DNA of 64,000 nt from the human T2T-CHM13v2.0 reference genome, Homo sapiens (GCF_009914755.1 NC_060947.1); one strand, 5' to 3'; positions 13,317 through 27,545 are shown, counted from the first letter of the stretch. The notes: generated by a model from the letters alone, not told the origin. Made by a program: numbers and translations.

Positions 13317-13407
13317 ATGGTATCTCACTGTGGTTTTGATTTGCATTTCTCTGATGACCAGTGATGGTGAGCATTTTTTCATGTGTCTTTTGGCTGCATA
13401 AATGTCT
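13317..13407 (-). mobile_element. ~90-bp internal L1PA fragment at a rearrangement junction
   Basis: atggtatctcactgtggttttgatttgcatttctctgatgaccagtgatgg ... ggctgcataaatgtct is close to young L1PA ORF2; no poly(A) and no TSD. Confidence 0.85.
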
Positions 13408-13636
13408 GAGCTCTTCTTTACATGCTTCACTTGCTACTCTAAGAAAAACCTCCACCACTACCACTTCATCTGTATAGCCTGCAAATTGAAATTGTAATTT
13501 GAAATTATGTATCGATTTAAAATAAAATCTAAAATAAAATAACAGCACAAAAGTTGAATGCTCGACTTAATTAAGTAGAAATTTAAAGTTGGATGAAAAC
13601 TTGAAGGCCTTCTAACACAAGCCCTTTATTAGACAG

Positions 13637-13799
13637 ATGAAGAAACTGAAGCACAAAGAGGTAAAGTGAGGTGCCCAACGCCAGACAGCAACTGAGAGGC
13701 ACAGCGAGTTCCATAGCTAAATATCCTGACTCCCAGTCCAGTGTTCCTCCCGTTCCTCCATGAATCTTGTTTTGAAGCTTCCTGACAAACTCTAGAACA
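13637..13799 (+). pseudogene. ZBTB20: Disabled copy of the ZBTB20 ATG-bearing exon (MLER read as TLEQ); 5' part is MIR-derived
   Basis: gacaaACTCTAGAACA|gtaaac corresponds to M-L-E-R with ATG changed to ACT (13789-13791) and a phase-2 donor at 13800; candidate acceptor acag|atg at 13636/13637 inside a MIR. Symbol names the parent gene. Confidence 0.7.
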
Positions 13800-14177
13800 G
13801 TAAACCTCCACTAGTATTTTTCCAGACCGTGTTAAAACTGCTAAGGAGGTAAGAAGGGATGCTTTCCTGGATAATGTCAGCCATACGTAGCTCACACTCT
13901 CTAAAGTTCTGGGACAGGGTCTTTTTATATAGCCAACAGAGTGCGAATGTAGTGCTGTGTTCCCAGTTGGGCCTTTACTGAAGGGGGAAAAAAAAACAAA
14001 AACAAAAACAAAAAAAACAAAATCCAAGAATCATCTTGTTTCAAAACAAGGGACATATTAGACTACCTCCCATACTCGTTCAGAAAAAGAAAAATCAAGT
14101 TATCTTTAAAAGATTCTAAAACGCCTCTTCCCAAATATGCAGTCAGTTCCTTCAAAGGGCCCTTTGTTTAATTGCAG

Positions 14178-14361
14178 GAAGAAGCCCGAGACACCTGAAA
14201 AGCAGAAGGCATCTGAGCAAAATGAGATTACTCAGCCAGGTGGCTCCAGCGCCAAGCTAGGCCTTCCCTGCCAGAACTTTGAAGCTGTTTAGTCTCCAGA
14301 CCCAGCCCATATCCACTCAACACATTCACTGACAAACTCGCTCACACAGGGTCATCTGATT
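14178..14361 (+). pseudogene. ZBTB20: Disabled copy of the ZBTB20 long-isoform N-terminal coding exon
   Basis: ttgcag|G ... T|gtaagt. Reads [59 protein letters not shown] versus remembered ZBTB20 [62 protein letters not shown]; TAG at 14290-14292 and a 4-nt deletion near 14339. Symbol names the parent gene. Confidence 0.92.
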
Positions 14362-14970
14362 GTAAGTACACCACCAAGGTGATGGTGTCTTGGCAGTGCT
14401 TGGAGTAGTGCTTCTCCCTGGGTTCTGGCTTTTTTACTTTCCAAACAAGCTGTTTGCTTTCAGTCTTCTAAAGCAGTCAAAAGTAATGTGCCACCATTTT
14501 CATTCAGCCAACATCTGTGTATTTTCAAAGCTAGAATATATTTTAAAGCCAAATGACAAGCCATTTGGCCTCAAAGGCTGATTAATTACATAAACCACAT
14601 TCTCTTCATAACACTAACTCAGAAAAAGAAGTTTTGTTGCCAGTGTCTAATTATTCTTGATCTGAATAATGGCACTTCCTCAATTATTAAATTGAACAAC
14701 CAAACACGGACCTCAGAAGGTCAGTTAGACACAAGGAAACATCCATTTTGAAATTACATAACACAAGCCAGATTTGCACTAGTTATTAGAGTCTCATGTA
14801 GCTTGGCTGAATTTCTGTCTTTCCAGTTTTTAATTTATTTGAAATGGTTAAAGGATAATGAAAATTTACATAAGAAAAGATAATGGCTTTCAAAAGTTCA
14901 GAAGTCATGCAGACTTCACATAGCCAATGAGAATTCAGGTTTAAAATATTTTTTAATTAGAAAAACAATC

Positions 14971-15308
14971 GAGGTGATGTGGCTCACGCCTATAATCCCA
15001 GCACTTTGGGAGGCTGAGACAGGTGGATGGCTTAAGCCTAAGAGTTTGAGACCCGCCTGGGCAACATGGTGAAACCTCATCTCTACAAAAAATACAAAAA
15101 TTAGCTGGGCATGGTGGCATGCACCTATAGTCCCAGCTACTCGGGAGGTTGAGTTAGGAAGAAGGCTTGAGCCTGTGAGGCTGAGGTTGCAGTGAACGGA
15201 GATGGCGCCGCTGCACTCCACCCTGGGTGACAAAGCCAGACCTTGTCTCAAAAAAAAAAAAAAAAAAAAAAGCAAGAAAGAAAAGAAAAGAAAAAGAAAA
15301 AGAAAAAA
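14971..15308 (+). mobile_element. AluJ with long A/GA tail
   Basis: gtggctcacgcctataatccc ... gcttgagcctgtgaggctgaggttgcagtga; J-type features. Confidence 0.9.
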
Positions 15309-17059
15309 CTGCCTATGTGCTAAATTTGGAAATGTGCAGCCTAATGGGATTGTCACTATTGAAATCACTTATGTGATGTTTATTTTTGCCATATTCACAC
15401 TAATCTGGAAGTCACTTTAAAATCTATTTCAAGAAAGTTGATAAATCACGTTTAGGAGATTTTCTTTTCTTTCTGAAACGTAACCCAATACTTCAGAGAG
15501 AAAGAAACATATGTGTTGCCAATGGAAAGGCATGAAATAAATTTGCAGTTGAATCCAAAAGAATATTCCTTTTAGTCTTAAGATACCCAACAATTCTTCT
15601 GAACTGATCTCCATAAAGGATATCTGGTAACATGCAAAAATTAGGAAACTTTTTCTTTAAAATGAGCAATATAAGACCAACAAAGTCTTATTTCAAAAAT
15701 AAAATCCTGTCCACAAAGACAAAAATTATTAATTAGGAAATGAGAATCTAAATCTCCTATTGTTATTTTTCTGAAAAAAAAATGTAAAATTCTGCAAAGA
15801 CGGCAAGAGGTAAATGGGTCCAGGAGATTCCATTCTCTACTTACTTCATCATGATAGTCTTTAAATAGAGAGAAACGACCTGGGGGGAGGGTTGGAGTAA
15901 AGACAGCTTGGTCTACTTATGGTTGGGCTGAGACCACCCTCCAGCTGTCAGTAGAAAATGGAAAGAGAAATAACGTGAGCCAAATCTCTATGGCCCATGT
16001 GGTTTGAGAAGCTACAATCAAACTTGTAGCTTCTATAGAGGGCAGAAGCAGGGATTGTGTTCTTTGGACCATCCTAATAGTCACCTCCTTGGACCTTCTT
16101 GCCTAGCAGTCTCCAGCATAGTAGTAATTACAGGAAGAATTGGAAAGGAGCATGGCACAGTGCCCATAGGCAGGTGCATGCTGTCCTTACCCACCAGGAA
16201 AGTAGCCCCTTCACATGGTGAAGGGCCTGGGGTTTCTACATGCAGACCTTCATTACCTGGCTTTCTGCCACACCTTCTGGGTGTGGATTATATACAATTG
16301 CCTTAGCCCAGAAATCTTATGTTACAGCAAAAATTAATGTTTTACTTAATAGAAAAGGCATTGGGGCACTTATTGTGCTTTAACATAAGCATTCTCTGTC
16401 CAGGCCTTGGCATTGGCATGAAATATGTTTTAAGAATTGTGCGAGTATGGTGTCACCATATAGCTCCTTGTTGGCCCTGAAGAAGCCAGAGGATTTGAGC
16501 TCAGTAGTTTGTCTGAATGTAGTTGGAAGAACAAACTGGGAGAAGAACCCTAATCTCCAGGTGTTTAGAAAGTCATTTTGATTCTACCATTAAGATGTGT
16601 AAGTCTTCCCTGTTTCAACTTGTTTAAATTGATTATACTTTCTTCAAATATATTTGGATTGTAGTTTGTCTTGACTTGAGCCTATACTTACAAGAAAATT
16701 GATTTTAGAAAAGATGCACAGAAATCTGTCCATTTAAAGATTGCTTGGGAGAAGACAGGAAAACCGTGTATTTTAAGCTGTTAAAATTTTCGGATGCTCT
16801 TCTTGCATTCAAGAGGATTTTTGTTTTTACTTTCAAATGTAATTCTTACCATAGATTAATTTAAACATCTAATTTCTTTAAAGTATTCAGTTCCTATTTA
16901 AAACTAACAGATTTGGGGCATCTAAAAATAATGCCCTTGATTTGTTAGTCTCTTTTACTTCAGAAAAATTCCGTTAAGTTGTGGTGTCCAACCTTCCACA
17001 AGTGCCTGAATTTTTATAGCACCTTTTTATTTGTTGTGTTTTTAGCAAAATTGATCTTA

Positions 17060-17180
17060 ATCATGCCTTAATGCCTATTTCCTGTCAGTCAGTATGATCT
17101 TTCCCAATTTACAGGTGAGAAAACTGAGGAAATGGACACCCAGTTAGATGAATGACATGGTTGTGGTTAACTCATTTGAA
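17060..17180 (-). mobile_element. MIR fragment
   Basis: cccaatttacaggtgagaaaactgagg core motif. Confidence 0.55.
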
Positions 17181-20100
17181 TACTGAGGGGTGTTTATGGG
17201 TTTGCTTTCATTGTGAGAGCATTTCTCTTAGGAAATTTCGAGACCAAAGATGGCATTCCTGACTCTGAAGAGGGATCTTGAAAATGAGCAACTTATATTG
17301 GTGATTGGGTTGTAAAACATAATGGATAAAGCATACCCACAGGAAGAAAAGTCAACTCTGCATATGAACTGGCAAGGTGGGTAAGCCACAGTCTTTTGGC
17401 ATATGAATGACACAGGTCTTGTTTTAGAGAAAAGATGACAAGTCTGACCCCCTAAATTCTCAGTTGGCTATTTTACCTGATGATCCACTTCAAATTTGGC
17501 AAAAGATCCCAGTAATATTCAAAACAAGAATGAATACAGTTGAGATATGCTTTCCTTTGTGAGATGGTGAGGTTAATATTGCTGCTAAAATGTGTGCTGT
17601 TTTGCAGTGCGCCCACTGACACAATTTTCTATGAGTAATATTCCCCCATTGCCTCCTAGCTTATCACCCCTTCACCATTTCTAAAACTCTAATAGTAAAC
17701 AAATTCAGATAGTGATAATAGAAGGTATTAAGATGAGTTATGGAATCCAAAAGTGAAAAAAGCCTAGGTGTTTGACAGAGCAGTTACCCACTAGACAGGC
17801 TGAGTATGAGCTCAGCCAAGCTCCGCCTTTAAATGCTTTAGCGGCTTAAGCAGGACTAAACCAAGTCAGTAGAGCAGGTGAAGCTCTCCATATGAAAAAA
17901 CTTTCTTGACAGCTATCAAGCTGTAGCACATCACAGTCATGTACATTTGATAGACACAACCAGAAATTTTACTTGCATATTTCTTCCATTTGGTTTTCTC
18001 CCAAATAAGGCTCTCATTGAAGGAAGTGATTTTCCTCCCTTTGGTGGTCCTCCCCACTTTTGGCTGTAGATTCACCTATTCTTTTGTTGGAAGCTGATAT
18101 CCCATGTTTTACACTGGCCTCATCAGACTGTCTCGTTTTCTGTCTCCTTGCCATGATGCACTTATGCGTGAACAGTTTTTACTTATTTTTCATTGAACCT
18201 CTACACATTACCAAACTGTTGTATGGGTGCGTTTAACTTTAGCTCTGTAGGTAGCATGACTTTCCTGGGGCTGAACACTGTGGAGGAGACCGGTGAGCTC
18301 TTCCTTTTCCATTTCTTGCCATCCACCTTCCTTGGTCTTCCCCTTCCCAACCATTTGCTTCACCAGTCCAAGTTTCTGTGATTAAAATTTTTAGTACACT
18401 TTACTCATTTTAAATTTTTAAGCAATGTTTTAGGGAACAAAACAAATACCGCATGAAAGCTGCATTTCCAAAGTCAGGAAATGCAAAGTTCATGTTCCCA
18501 CAGCAACGGAAACTGTCCCCTGAGTGTTGGCATCACAGCAGATTCTTTCATTCCCTGATTACATAGCATTATTATAGCTCTACGTGCATACTCTATGTGA
18601 ACATGGACAGAATTAAAGTTGCTGTGGGAACATCATTAACTCTGATTTCCAGACTTCCGTGCCAGTCACATTTAAACCATAGTGTAATTTTTGGCATGTA
18701 ATAAATGTGCGTTTCATATACACAGACAGAGAGAAGCATAAATGTAATTTAAAGAGAAAGTAATTACTAGCTTTGTGATTAAAAAACATTTGGTGCATGT
18801 TCCTTCCCGTTTAACATCAGCTGCTGGTCTTTAACCAGGCCTAACAGATGACATACTGTGTCTCATCCTGTATCTCAGATGTACTTACTCTATGTTCCTA
18901 TTCTTCCATATAATTAATTCCCCTAATAAAGCTGTAAGGGGAAAACAAAATGGGAGGAATATGCAAGCATGTAAATAGGGTAAGGGATATTTTGAAGGAA
19001 ATTATTCATTTCTGCAAATAAACATTTTAGTTTCTGATAAGGAGCCAGAAATCTGCTAAGTGGGTATAGACAAAGGTTTTTGGCCACCATAGAGCCTCTG
19101 GTTCATGGCCATAAGAACAACTTGAAAGCATATTTCCCCTTGAATTCGAGGCATGCCCACTGGGAAAGTGATTTTACTCTGTAATAACTTTTAGGCTTAA
19201 GGCTTAAAAAGTTATTTTTGCGCTATAACAACTTTTTAATTTTATGCTGTATTCAAACTGGCAAGTAAAATTTACGAGGAATCAAGCAAGATGAGGGCTT
19301 TGCCAAAGAACCCCTGAGTGAAAGAGTAGTGTTTTTTCTTCCTTTACATTTAAATCTGGTTTACCCATTTGTGTTAGAGAAGGAAGCATTTCAAAATAAC
19401 TGTTTGAACAGGTTTGTGAATGAAAGAAATTAGTAGCAATACTCTGATACAGTGTTTAAAAATGCAAATGCTTGAGTATATATTTGAAACCTGATGAGAC
19501 AAAAAAATTTTACTGAAAGGATGTGTAGCTTAAACTCTTAGGTAAGGATTTAAGGGTTCTTGCTACTTGTTCATTCTGTTTCCTGTCATGTATTTCTTTT
19601 TGTTCAGTCTGGTTGCATATGGTATTTAATCTTTAAGACAGATATTTCAGTTTTACAGGATTCTGATTTACTTTTACTTGGGCTGTCTCTATGTGTGAAT
19701 GTATGTCTGTGTGAGTGAAAACTGCTCAAGCAAGTTTGAAGGTCTCTTTGGCAAATTTGATTGCATGTTCAGAAAGTTTCTGGTCAGAAAGTTGATTCAG
19801 TATAAAACCTTCCAAAAACTTCTTGAGGCACCCACATGAAAATATTGGATTTCTGTTGGAGGTGCTCAGAAGGTAGTATTTATAACTGAAGATCTCTGTT
19901 TGGTGTGCCAAAAAATGAAAAATGTTTTGGCCCCCAAAAAACTCCATAAATGTTCAAAATGTATAATAACCAAACAAAAGCTTCATTTGGATTCAAATGC
20001 ATGTATTTTAGCAGATGTGTCTAAACTAACTGGATCCCACAGAAGCAGCTGAACTGGATTTTTGTGTGTCTTGATAAATGAAAGAGTTATTCTTAGACTT

Positions 20101-20899
20101 TGGAAGGACAAAAATGGTCCATCTGTGAAGAATTGTAATAGAGACATGGCAAAAAACAGCATCCTCTGAAAGAGTTTATTTATGGAATTTAGGACAAGTT
20201 GGACAATCCTGAAAACATTTTGAGGTCACACTGATTTGCAGAGAAAATATAGCCAAAATGGGATGGAATAACAGCCACAGAGAGTTACTTTCCAATGGCT
20301 TGTTATTTATTTTCTAATAAATTTTCCTACCAGTTAAGCAGTAAATAGAGCATCTTTAATATAACTAAGTGCTGTTGTTGCCTCCAAAGTGTCTCACATT
20401 CTACTTTATTCTATGTTCTTTGAGAAATTATATATTTGTTTTGTTCATTTAAATTGTTTTTCTGGCATTTCATTAACCAAGTAAGCCCCTCATCTGTGAA
20501 CTGTGGATTTTGTCTTTAAAGATATTCTTTCCCTTTTTAAAAAAGTCACCTTTGTTCCTCTGAGTTAACTGATATATAATCTCTTTGGAATTATTTCTAT
20601 TACCTTTTACACCCTTTCTTTAGAGTTTTTAGTGCTTAGTCCAGCACTTATACATTAGAAGGCCATTTTTAAAAAATTTGCCCTAATTTCCTAGAGTTTC
20701 CATTTAGTATATTTGGGGACACATTCATTTTTAAAAAGCACAGGGTTTGATATTTTGCATTTTAGTCTACCTCTGTATATAAAATTCACCCTCTTTTGAT
20801 GAAACTTGTTATTTCCCCACAATACTAATTTACTTGGGTTTCTTTCATGATCACGTAATGCAGTAATTCCTTACCTAGGATTAGAGATGAAGATAGGAA

Positions 20900-21210
20900 T
20901 AAGACTGAATCCCCTCACTTTAGGAAGTCAGGATGTTCCTAAATACTTTACTAAACACTTTATTAAGCCAGTAAAGGGGTAAATACAAATGCAGAATTAA
21001 AGTGTTCTACTATGCACAAAATGCTACAGAGCCCCTGAGGAAGGAACCTGTAACAGTGGGGAGAGTTCTACACCAAAGATGACATTAAACTAATAAAGTA
21101 GAAGACAGAGGGAATGGCATTCCAGGTAGAAGGAACAGAAGCAAAATCACAGAGGCATAAGAAGAGCATGGTGTTTTCAGAAAACAGAACAATTCAGTTA
21201 TGACACTGAA
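20900..21210 (-). mobile_element. L2 fragment
   Basis: ggcattccaggtagaaggaacag ... aaaatcacagagg is a typical L2 motif. Confidence 0.6.
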
Positions 21211-22515
21211 ACCTTCTTATACTTTGCCTCATTTTAATCGTGGGACAATTTGTATTTGGGTAACGTTGCCTGTTGTTGTAATTCAGCTGGGCTGAATCAT
21301 ATGTCCCTTTTAAAGACATTTGCTTTCCCCAATATATAGTAAAGGAAGACACCCGCTTATTTTCTAATAGGCAAAAGTGCCCTTCTGTCCATACAGTCAG
21401 AAAAAGTAAGAAAGTATTCCGAGGGACCTAGTGATGATTTATTGATCAGTAAATATCAAAATAACTTTTCTTAACGAGAAAAGTCCATTCCTGGAGCCAC
21501 AGTCACCTATAGTTGCTACGCTGGAACTTTGTCATTGACTTGTGGTCTTTCCAGTTTCTAGCAATCTGTCCTTTTATAAAATCCTCCCAGGTTTCTTGGC
21601 AAGTCTGGTCTCATTGCCCATTGTCTCAGGTTATACCATGCCCTATTGTTATCCCAAACATTGCATAGATATGCTTATGATTGTCCACATGTAATTGTTA
21701 GAACCTAGTGCCGATTCTAGGGTTATATTCTTCATCTTGCCATCACATCTTATGCAGGAGTACATATTTAATCCTTATCTGCAGCTGCTTGTGGCAGTTT
21801 CACATGTGCTTCTCTACTCATGGCAAATTTCATTATATAAAATTAGTGCTTCTCCCTATCTGTCAAGACTTCTCACATCCTTACTTTAAAAAAAGGCCAC
21901 ATGCACTACCACCCTTGGAGTTGGATCATTTAGGATTGATTGGAAACGTGCGTGAGGATTATTTCAGGACTTCCTTGCTGTAAGGAAATTTCAACCAGAT
22001 CCTTCCATCAGTCACCTCACAGTAAGTACGACAGTCAAATACCTTATTACCTCATCAGCAGAATGAGCACTTTCTGCTTTCTTTTTTTGCTTTTCTTCTG
22101 TCTCTACATCTTTTGTTCTCTCTGAGGAATGTGTGCCAGTTCAAATATTTTTCAGCATTACTGTATACCCACTATTGTACACATGAATAAACTGAGGCCC
22201 AAATAAGACAAGTGGCGTTAGCAAAAGTTTCCCAGCATAGAGAGTGACGGAGCCAGAAACAGAACCCTGCTCTTTCTCTCATCATGTATGCTGCCTATAT
22301 CCAAGTCTGATTCTGAGTGAACTTATGTTTTCTGAACAGAAAGGAGTCAGGACTACTCATCCATCAATATAGTGGATACTTTCAGTGTAGAGGACTACAG
22401 GCTAGGTATTGTGCAGGATGCAGTTTTATAAACAGGAGCCCTAGGCTCAGAGACTTAGAGTCTTGTAGAGAAGATCAAATAACACTCACAAACAACCTCC
22501 CTGTAGAAGGGTTAA

Positions 22516-22968
<453 letters not shown>

Positions 22969-23099
22969 CATCAAGAATCTTAAAACAGCACATGTCCTCA
23001 CATCACCATTATCTTAGATAGAATTTAGAAAGTTTGTAAAGTACATTTTAACCCAGTCAACAGTGATATCTACTTAGGCTTATCAGAAATGGTTCCATT

Positions 23100-23740
23100 T
23101 GAGCTTTTCTGAAAGACTGGAGGTAAGGCATTAGGGTAAGGAATGAGGGCTTTGCACTCTGTTGTAAAGCTGTGGAAGGGTTTTAAGTAGGGGCTGCCAT
23201 GATCAAGACTTTGCAGCAAGGGTGTGGAGGATGCATGGATGTAGGAGGGAGCCACTGGAGGAAGGAGAGGGCGCAGACAGCATTGTTAGTATTTCACACT
23301 ATTGGTACCCTAAGGGGGCTGGTAATAGGAGGAATGGCGGAGCTTGGTGCAACAGATTTTGTGGATGAGGGTGGACTGCCCCAGAAGCTGAATATTAGGT
23401 ACAAGAAGGGCAATTATCAAAGATAACTCCAAGATATCAAAAAGTGATGGAAAGTGTTTAGAGGGATAGAATAGAGTTCCATTTTGTATAGTGCTGAATA
23501 TGAGCTACCAGGGGTGTTCCTGGTGGAGACAACTAACACTGAGTTACAAACAGGGTCCTGGAGTGGAGCAGAAATACTTGAAATTACGACTAGCAAACAC
23601 ATTGGCCAAGAGGCTACACTACAACCTATAAATATGGGAATAAACTTCAAAGAAGACTGTTGAGAGAAAAAAGGAAAGTAGAACCTTAAGGAATATTTAC
23701 ATTGGGTGATAAGCAAGAGAGCCAAGATCCATCAAAGGAC
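23100..23740 (-). mobile_element. L2 fragment
   Basis: ggaagggttttaagtagggg ... catgatcaga-like and gagttccattttg motifs. Confidence 0.6.
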
Positions 23741-23751
23741 AAAAAGAAAAT

Positions 23752-24018
23752 TTAAATATAAAATGTATGAGATTTTGGATCCAATTATGTTTCTCGCTGG
23801 GTAGAAAAGTTGTCTTTACTTTTACACTACACAGTTTATTAATGGAATAATAATAAGAAATAATCATCTTAGAGATTCACTTTTTGGTGGTACTCCAAAC
23901 AAAACAAAATCAGAAAGCTATGAAGTTATACCAAGTTATACCATGAAAACAGAATAGCTAAAATAAACATTTTAATAAACACTAAAATGTTTTTAATAGC
24001 TAAATTAAGAACATGAAG
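23752..24018 (-). repeat. Inverted ~270-bp copy of FAM9/SYCP3-like intron 4 (fragment C)
   Basis: Its reverse complement aligns with 26058-26260 (roughly 85% by eye) and carries small templated insertions. Confidence 0.85.
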
Positions 24019-24525
24019 GTTACTGCAGCCAAGGTTACTGCAGACTAAAGCAGAGGTTCGGGTACAAACTTGTCTTCTACCAGTTTTCCACAACTTTGCT
24101 ATCAAAAGCATCTGAGGAGGTGGCTCTGCTGTTGAGTTGGGTGACCTGGAAGAAAAACTGTGTGCAGTTTGAGCCTTAATACTCTCATCTGTCAAAAGAA
24201 GAGACTCAAGATGACTGATTATTCAAATTTGCAAAATGCCTAGATTTCACAGGAGGTAGAAGCCTTGACTTATCACAAAGCATTTGGGTTTTAAGTTGTT
24301 TACAGTATTCTTGTAACCTTACCTGTTAGGGTTTTGGCTATCCAAGATAGAAACTTATTTTCATACAAAAAAGTAATATTTTGATGTATTTTTGAAAGAG
24401 AGACCCTTTGCTATCAGCCTGGGTATTATTCACTATGTAAAGCTATATTCCCTTCTCTCTCTACCCCAGAAAAAAGTTTGCTTTTCTGAGTTCACATCAC
24501 AGGTGTGATCAAGGATAAAGGAAAG

Positions 24526-24747
24526 ACAGGAGTTTGAGGCTGCAGTGAGCTATGATTGCAACATTGTACTCCAGCCTGGGTGATAGAACGAGGCCCCAAC
24601 TCTTAAAAAAGAAAGAGAAAGCAAGAAAGCAAGAAAGCAGAAAGGAAGAAGGAAGGAAGGAAGGAAGGAAGGAAGGAAGGAAGGAAGGAAGGAAGGAAGG
24701 AAGGAAGGGAGGGAGGGAGGGAGGGAGGGAGGGAGGGAGGGAGGGAG
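24526..24747 (+). repeat. AluJ/FLAM 3' fragment followed by (GAAG)n(GAGG)n microsatellite
   Basis: caggagtttgaggctgcagtgagctatgattg ... then a polypurine tract at ~24605-24747. Confidence 0.9.
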
Positions 24748-26757
24748 TGAGTTGGGTGGATACAGCCACATGGGGAACATAGCTGATTCTGAGCAGGCAG
24801 GAGGGTAAAAAGTCTCCTTGTTAGTAAGGTTTTCCAAGACTTCTGAGATGCAAATATGCCATGGAGGGCTTAAAGCATTCATGTTTTGATGCTGTAATCA
24901 CTTAAACTCCAAGAGAGTTATCTTAGTGTAAAGCAGTTTTGGACTGGAGCTGCGGGAAGAGATGGGGATCATATTGGAATAGGGGAAGTTGAAGGAAATA
25001 ATCAGATTAACACAAGGACCCTGGGTTTTGCTGGCAGAGGAGAAGACGAAAGAGGTGACCAGGACTAAAAAGGACTCAGTCTCTTTTGCAGTTTTTGCCT
25101 GGGGCCTTGTCTAGAGCTACAATTTATTACATACAGTGTACATATATTTCCCCGCTTGGTACCAGGAAGAGACATGATCAAATTTATTCTATTGGTACTG
25201 AATATAATATAAAACTGACCGAAAATTTTGTGGCAGTTATTCATTTTAATTAATTTAAAAAGAAATGAACAAGCAGTTCTTCCTTCATTAAAACAGATAC
25301 TGAAAATCTATTTTCTGTTATTGCTGAAAATATTTTGGCTTCCATAAAGGCACTTTACTAATATGCCTACGTTGCCCTCCACTGTGCTGTCACACTGACA
25401 TTTTAGTCAGGTTCTCTAGACTAATTAAATGAAAAAAGTGCATCACAGTATTAAGATTCCTTTGAAGAATCAAATGAAAGGAGATCTCCACAGTTTGGAT
25501 AGCTTGGTAGATTTGCAATGAATATCGCCAAAATCTTGCAAGTGCAGTATATTTTTCTACATTTACAAAACAGCTAATAAATAAGTATATTCTACAATAA
25601 CTGCTGGATTTAACTTCATACTTAAGAATATCAACAAACCCACCCCATCCTTAGTGTTCCCCTGCACGGTTTTGCATTTCAGAACAAATGCTTCATGTCT
25701 TTTGAAAAGCACCAGGAAATCTCTTCTCCAGCTATGCAGGCCTCAATTTTATGTGTGTAGTATGACATACCTTAAAAGAGAGAGCCCCACTCTCTCTGGG
25801 ATGTTCATTTAAATACAGACTTAAAGAGAAGAGCTCCATCTACTAAATCAGTTAGATCATAATGTGCACCCTATAGTTATTCCATTCACTGCTTTCAATC
25901 ACTTAGAGGCTCTGAGAGAATAGAAAAGTTATAGACCTGAGAAGCCACAAACAACAGCTATGAGCCTAGTGCCATTTCAGTTATTTCCCAGAGAATTAGC
26001 TCTATTCTTCTTTGTATACACAGATGAAGTGATACATCAGTTTTTAATATCAGAGTTCTTCATGTTCTTAATTTAGCAATTCTGTTTTCATTGCTTTCTG
26101 ATTTTGTTTTCTTTGGAGTACCACTCAAAATGGAACTCTCTAAAATGGTTCTTTTTCATTATTATTCCATTAATCAACTGTGTAGTAGAAAAGTAAAGAC
26201 AACTTTTCTACAAAGTGAGAAACATGTAATTGGATCTAGAAACTCATAAATTTTATATTGCCATGTGAAATAATCCTTGCACTGACTATGTTATAGGACC
26301 ATATTCTTTAACAAGTCTGAGTAAATTTCTGTCAAGACTGTAGAGACAATGCTCTTATTTTTAAAAAGTCCAGTTTAATTTTTGACTCTTCTATAGAGAC
26401 AATTCACACAGGCAGTATATGTGACAAGCTTTGCTGTTCATGTTGGTGACAAAGTGCTGGTGTTGTGAGCTGCCTAAAAAGTTGAGTATTATAGGTGGAT
26501 ACTGTATGTAAAAATATTCATATTATGATGCAGTTCTTTTATGGTTGCTGAAAACTAGCAATTAATGGTAGATGTCTGATGTGAAACCATGTTTAGGAAA
26601 GGATTTGTAGTATTACAGTTTTCTGAAACACAGCACTATGGATAAAAATATCATATAAAAATCTCCAAGAAAATATTTCAAAAGTGTCCTTGTATTTATT
26701 TATCTACTTAAATGTTTAAACCCACGGACATTGCTACTTTTAGTAAAATATAGTTAA

Positions 26758-27141
<384 letters not shown>

Positions 27142-27545
27142 TAAATAAATTACTTTTGTGTGTTTTATGCAATGGGTTGTGACAATATTTCATATAAACA
27201 TGTCATTTGAATTGTAGGACGATTTATAAATTTAAAAATAAAAGATTGTGTTTGTAACCCTTTATGCACATTTAAAAATAGCAACTATTTTCATTATTAG
27301 CCTTTGTTTCCATCTATTAATTAAAAGTGATCTTCAGTTATATCGTGTAGAATAGGAGTACCAATATCTGAATGTTTTCACAGAAATTAAGTGAGCAAAT
27401 CTTGCTTTTTGAAATGATGCTTGCATTATAAATTTTTAATGTTCTTCTAAAGTTGCTGAAACATCATATCCCATATTGTTTTGAATATATGTGAAGAAAC
27501 TACTTTTCAACATTACCTTTTAATTAATTTTCGTTTACTATCTCA

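Larger units (their letters stand above)
10550..13320 (+). pseudogene. SYCP3/FAM9-family pseudogene copy A (5' half only: exons 1-4 and part of intron 4)
   Basis: Three coding-type exons with GT-AG sites and SYCP3-like phases; in-frame TAA at 11568-11570; truncated at ~13320. Confidence 0.85.

Noticed and set aside
13637-14361. Window lying inside the real ZBTB20 gene
   Set aside because: ATG lost, in-frame TAG, 4-nt deletion, several substitutions in a normally conserved exon, and no BTB-domain exon seen downstream in the window.
14916-15420. Alu-derived ORFs here and at 1718-2098, 22693-22908, 26770-27081, 32447-32836 and 35083-35337
   Set aside because: Standard Alu translation artefacts.
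17232-17380. Exon-like segment (ctcttag| ... |gtaagc)
   Set aside because: Plausible splice sites, but stops in the frames checked and no homology; cannot be supported without RNA data.
24509-24882. Low-complexity ORFs (PSFL/RKEG repeats); likewise those at 5572-5893 and 46137-46541
   Set aside because: Translations of microsatellites.
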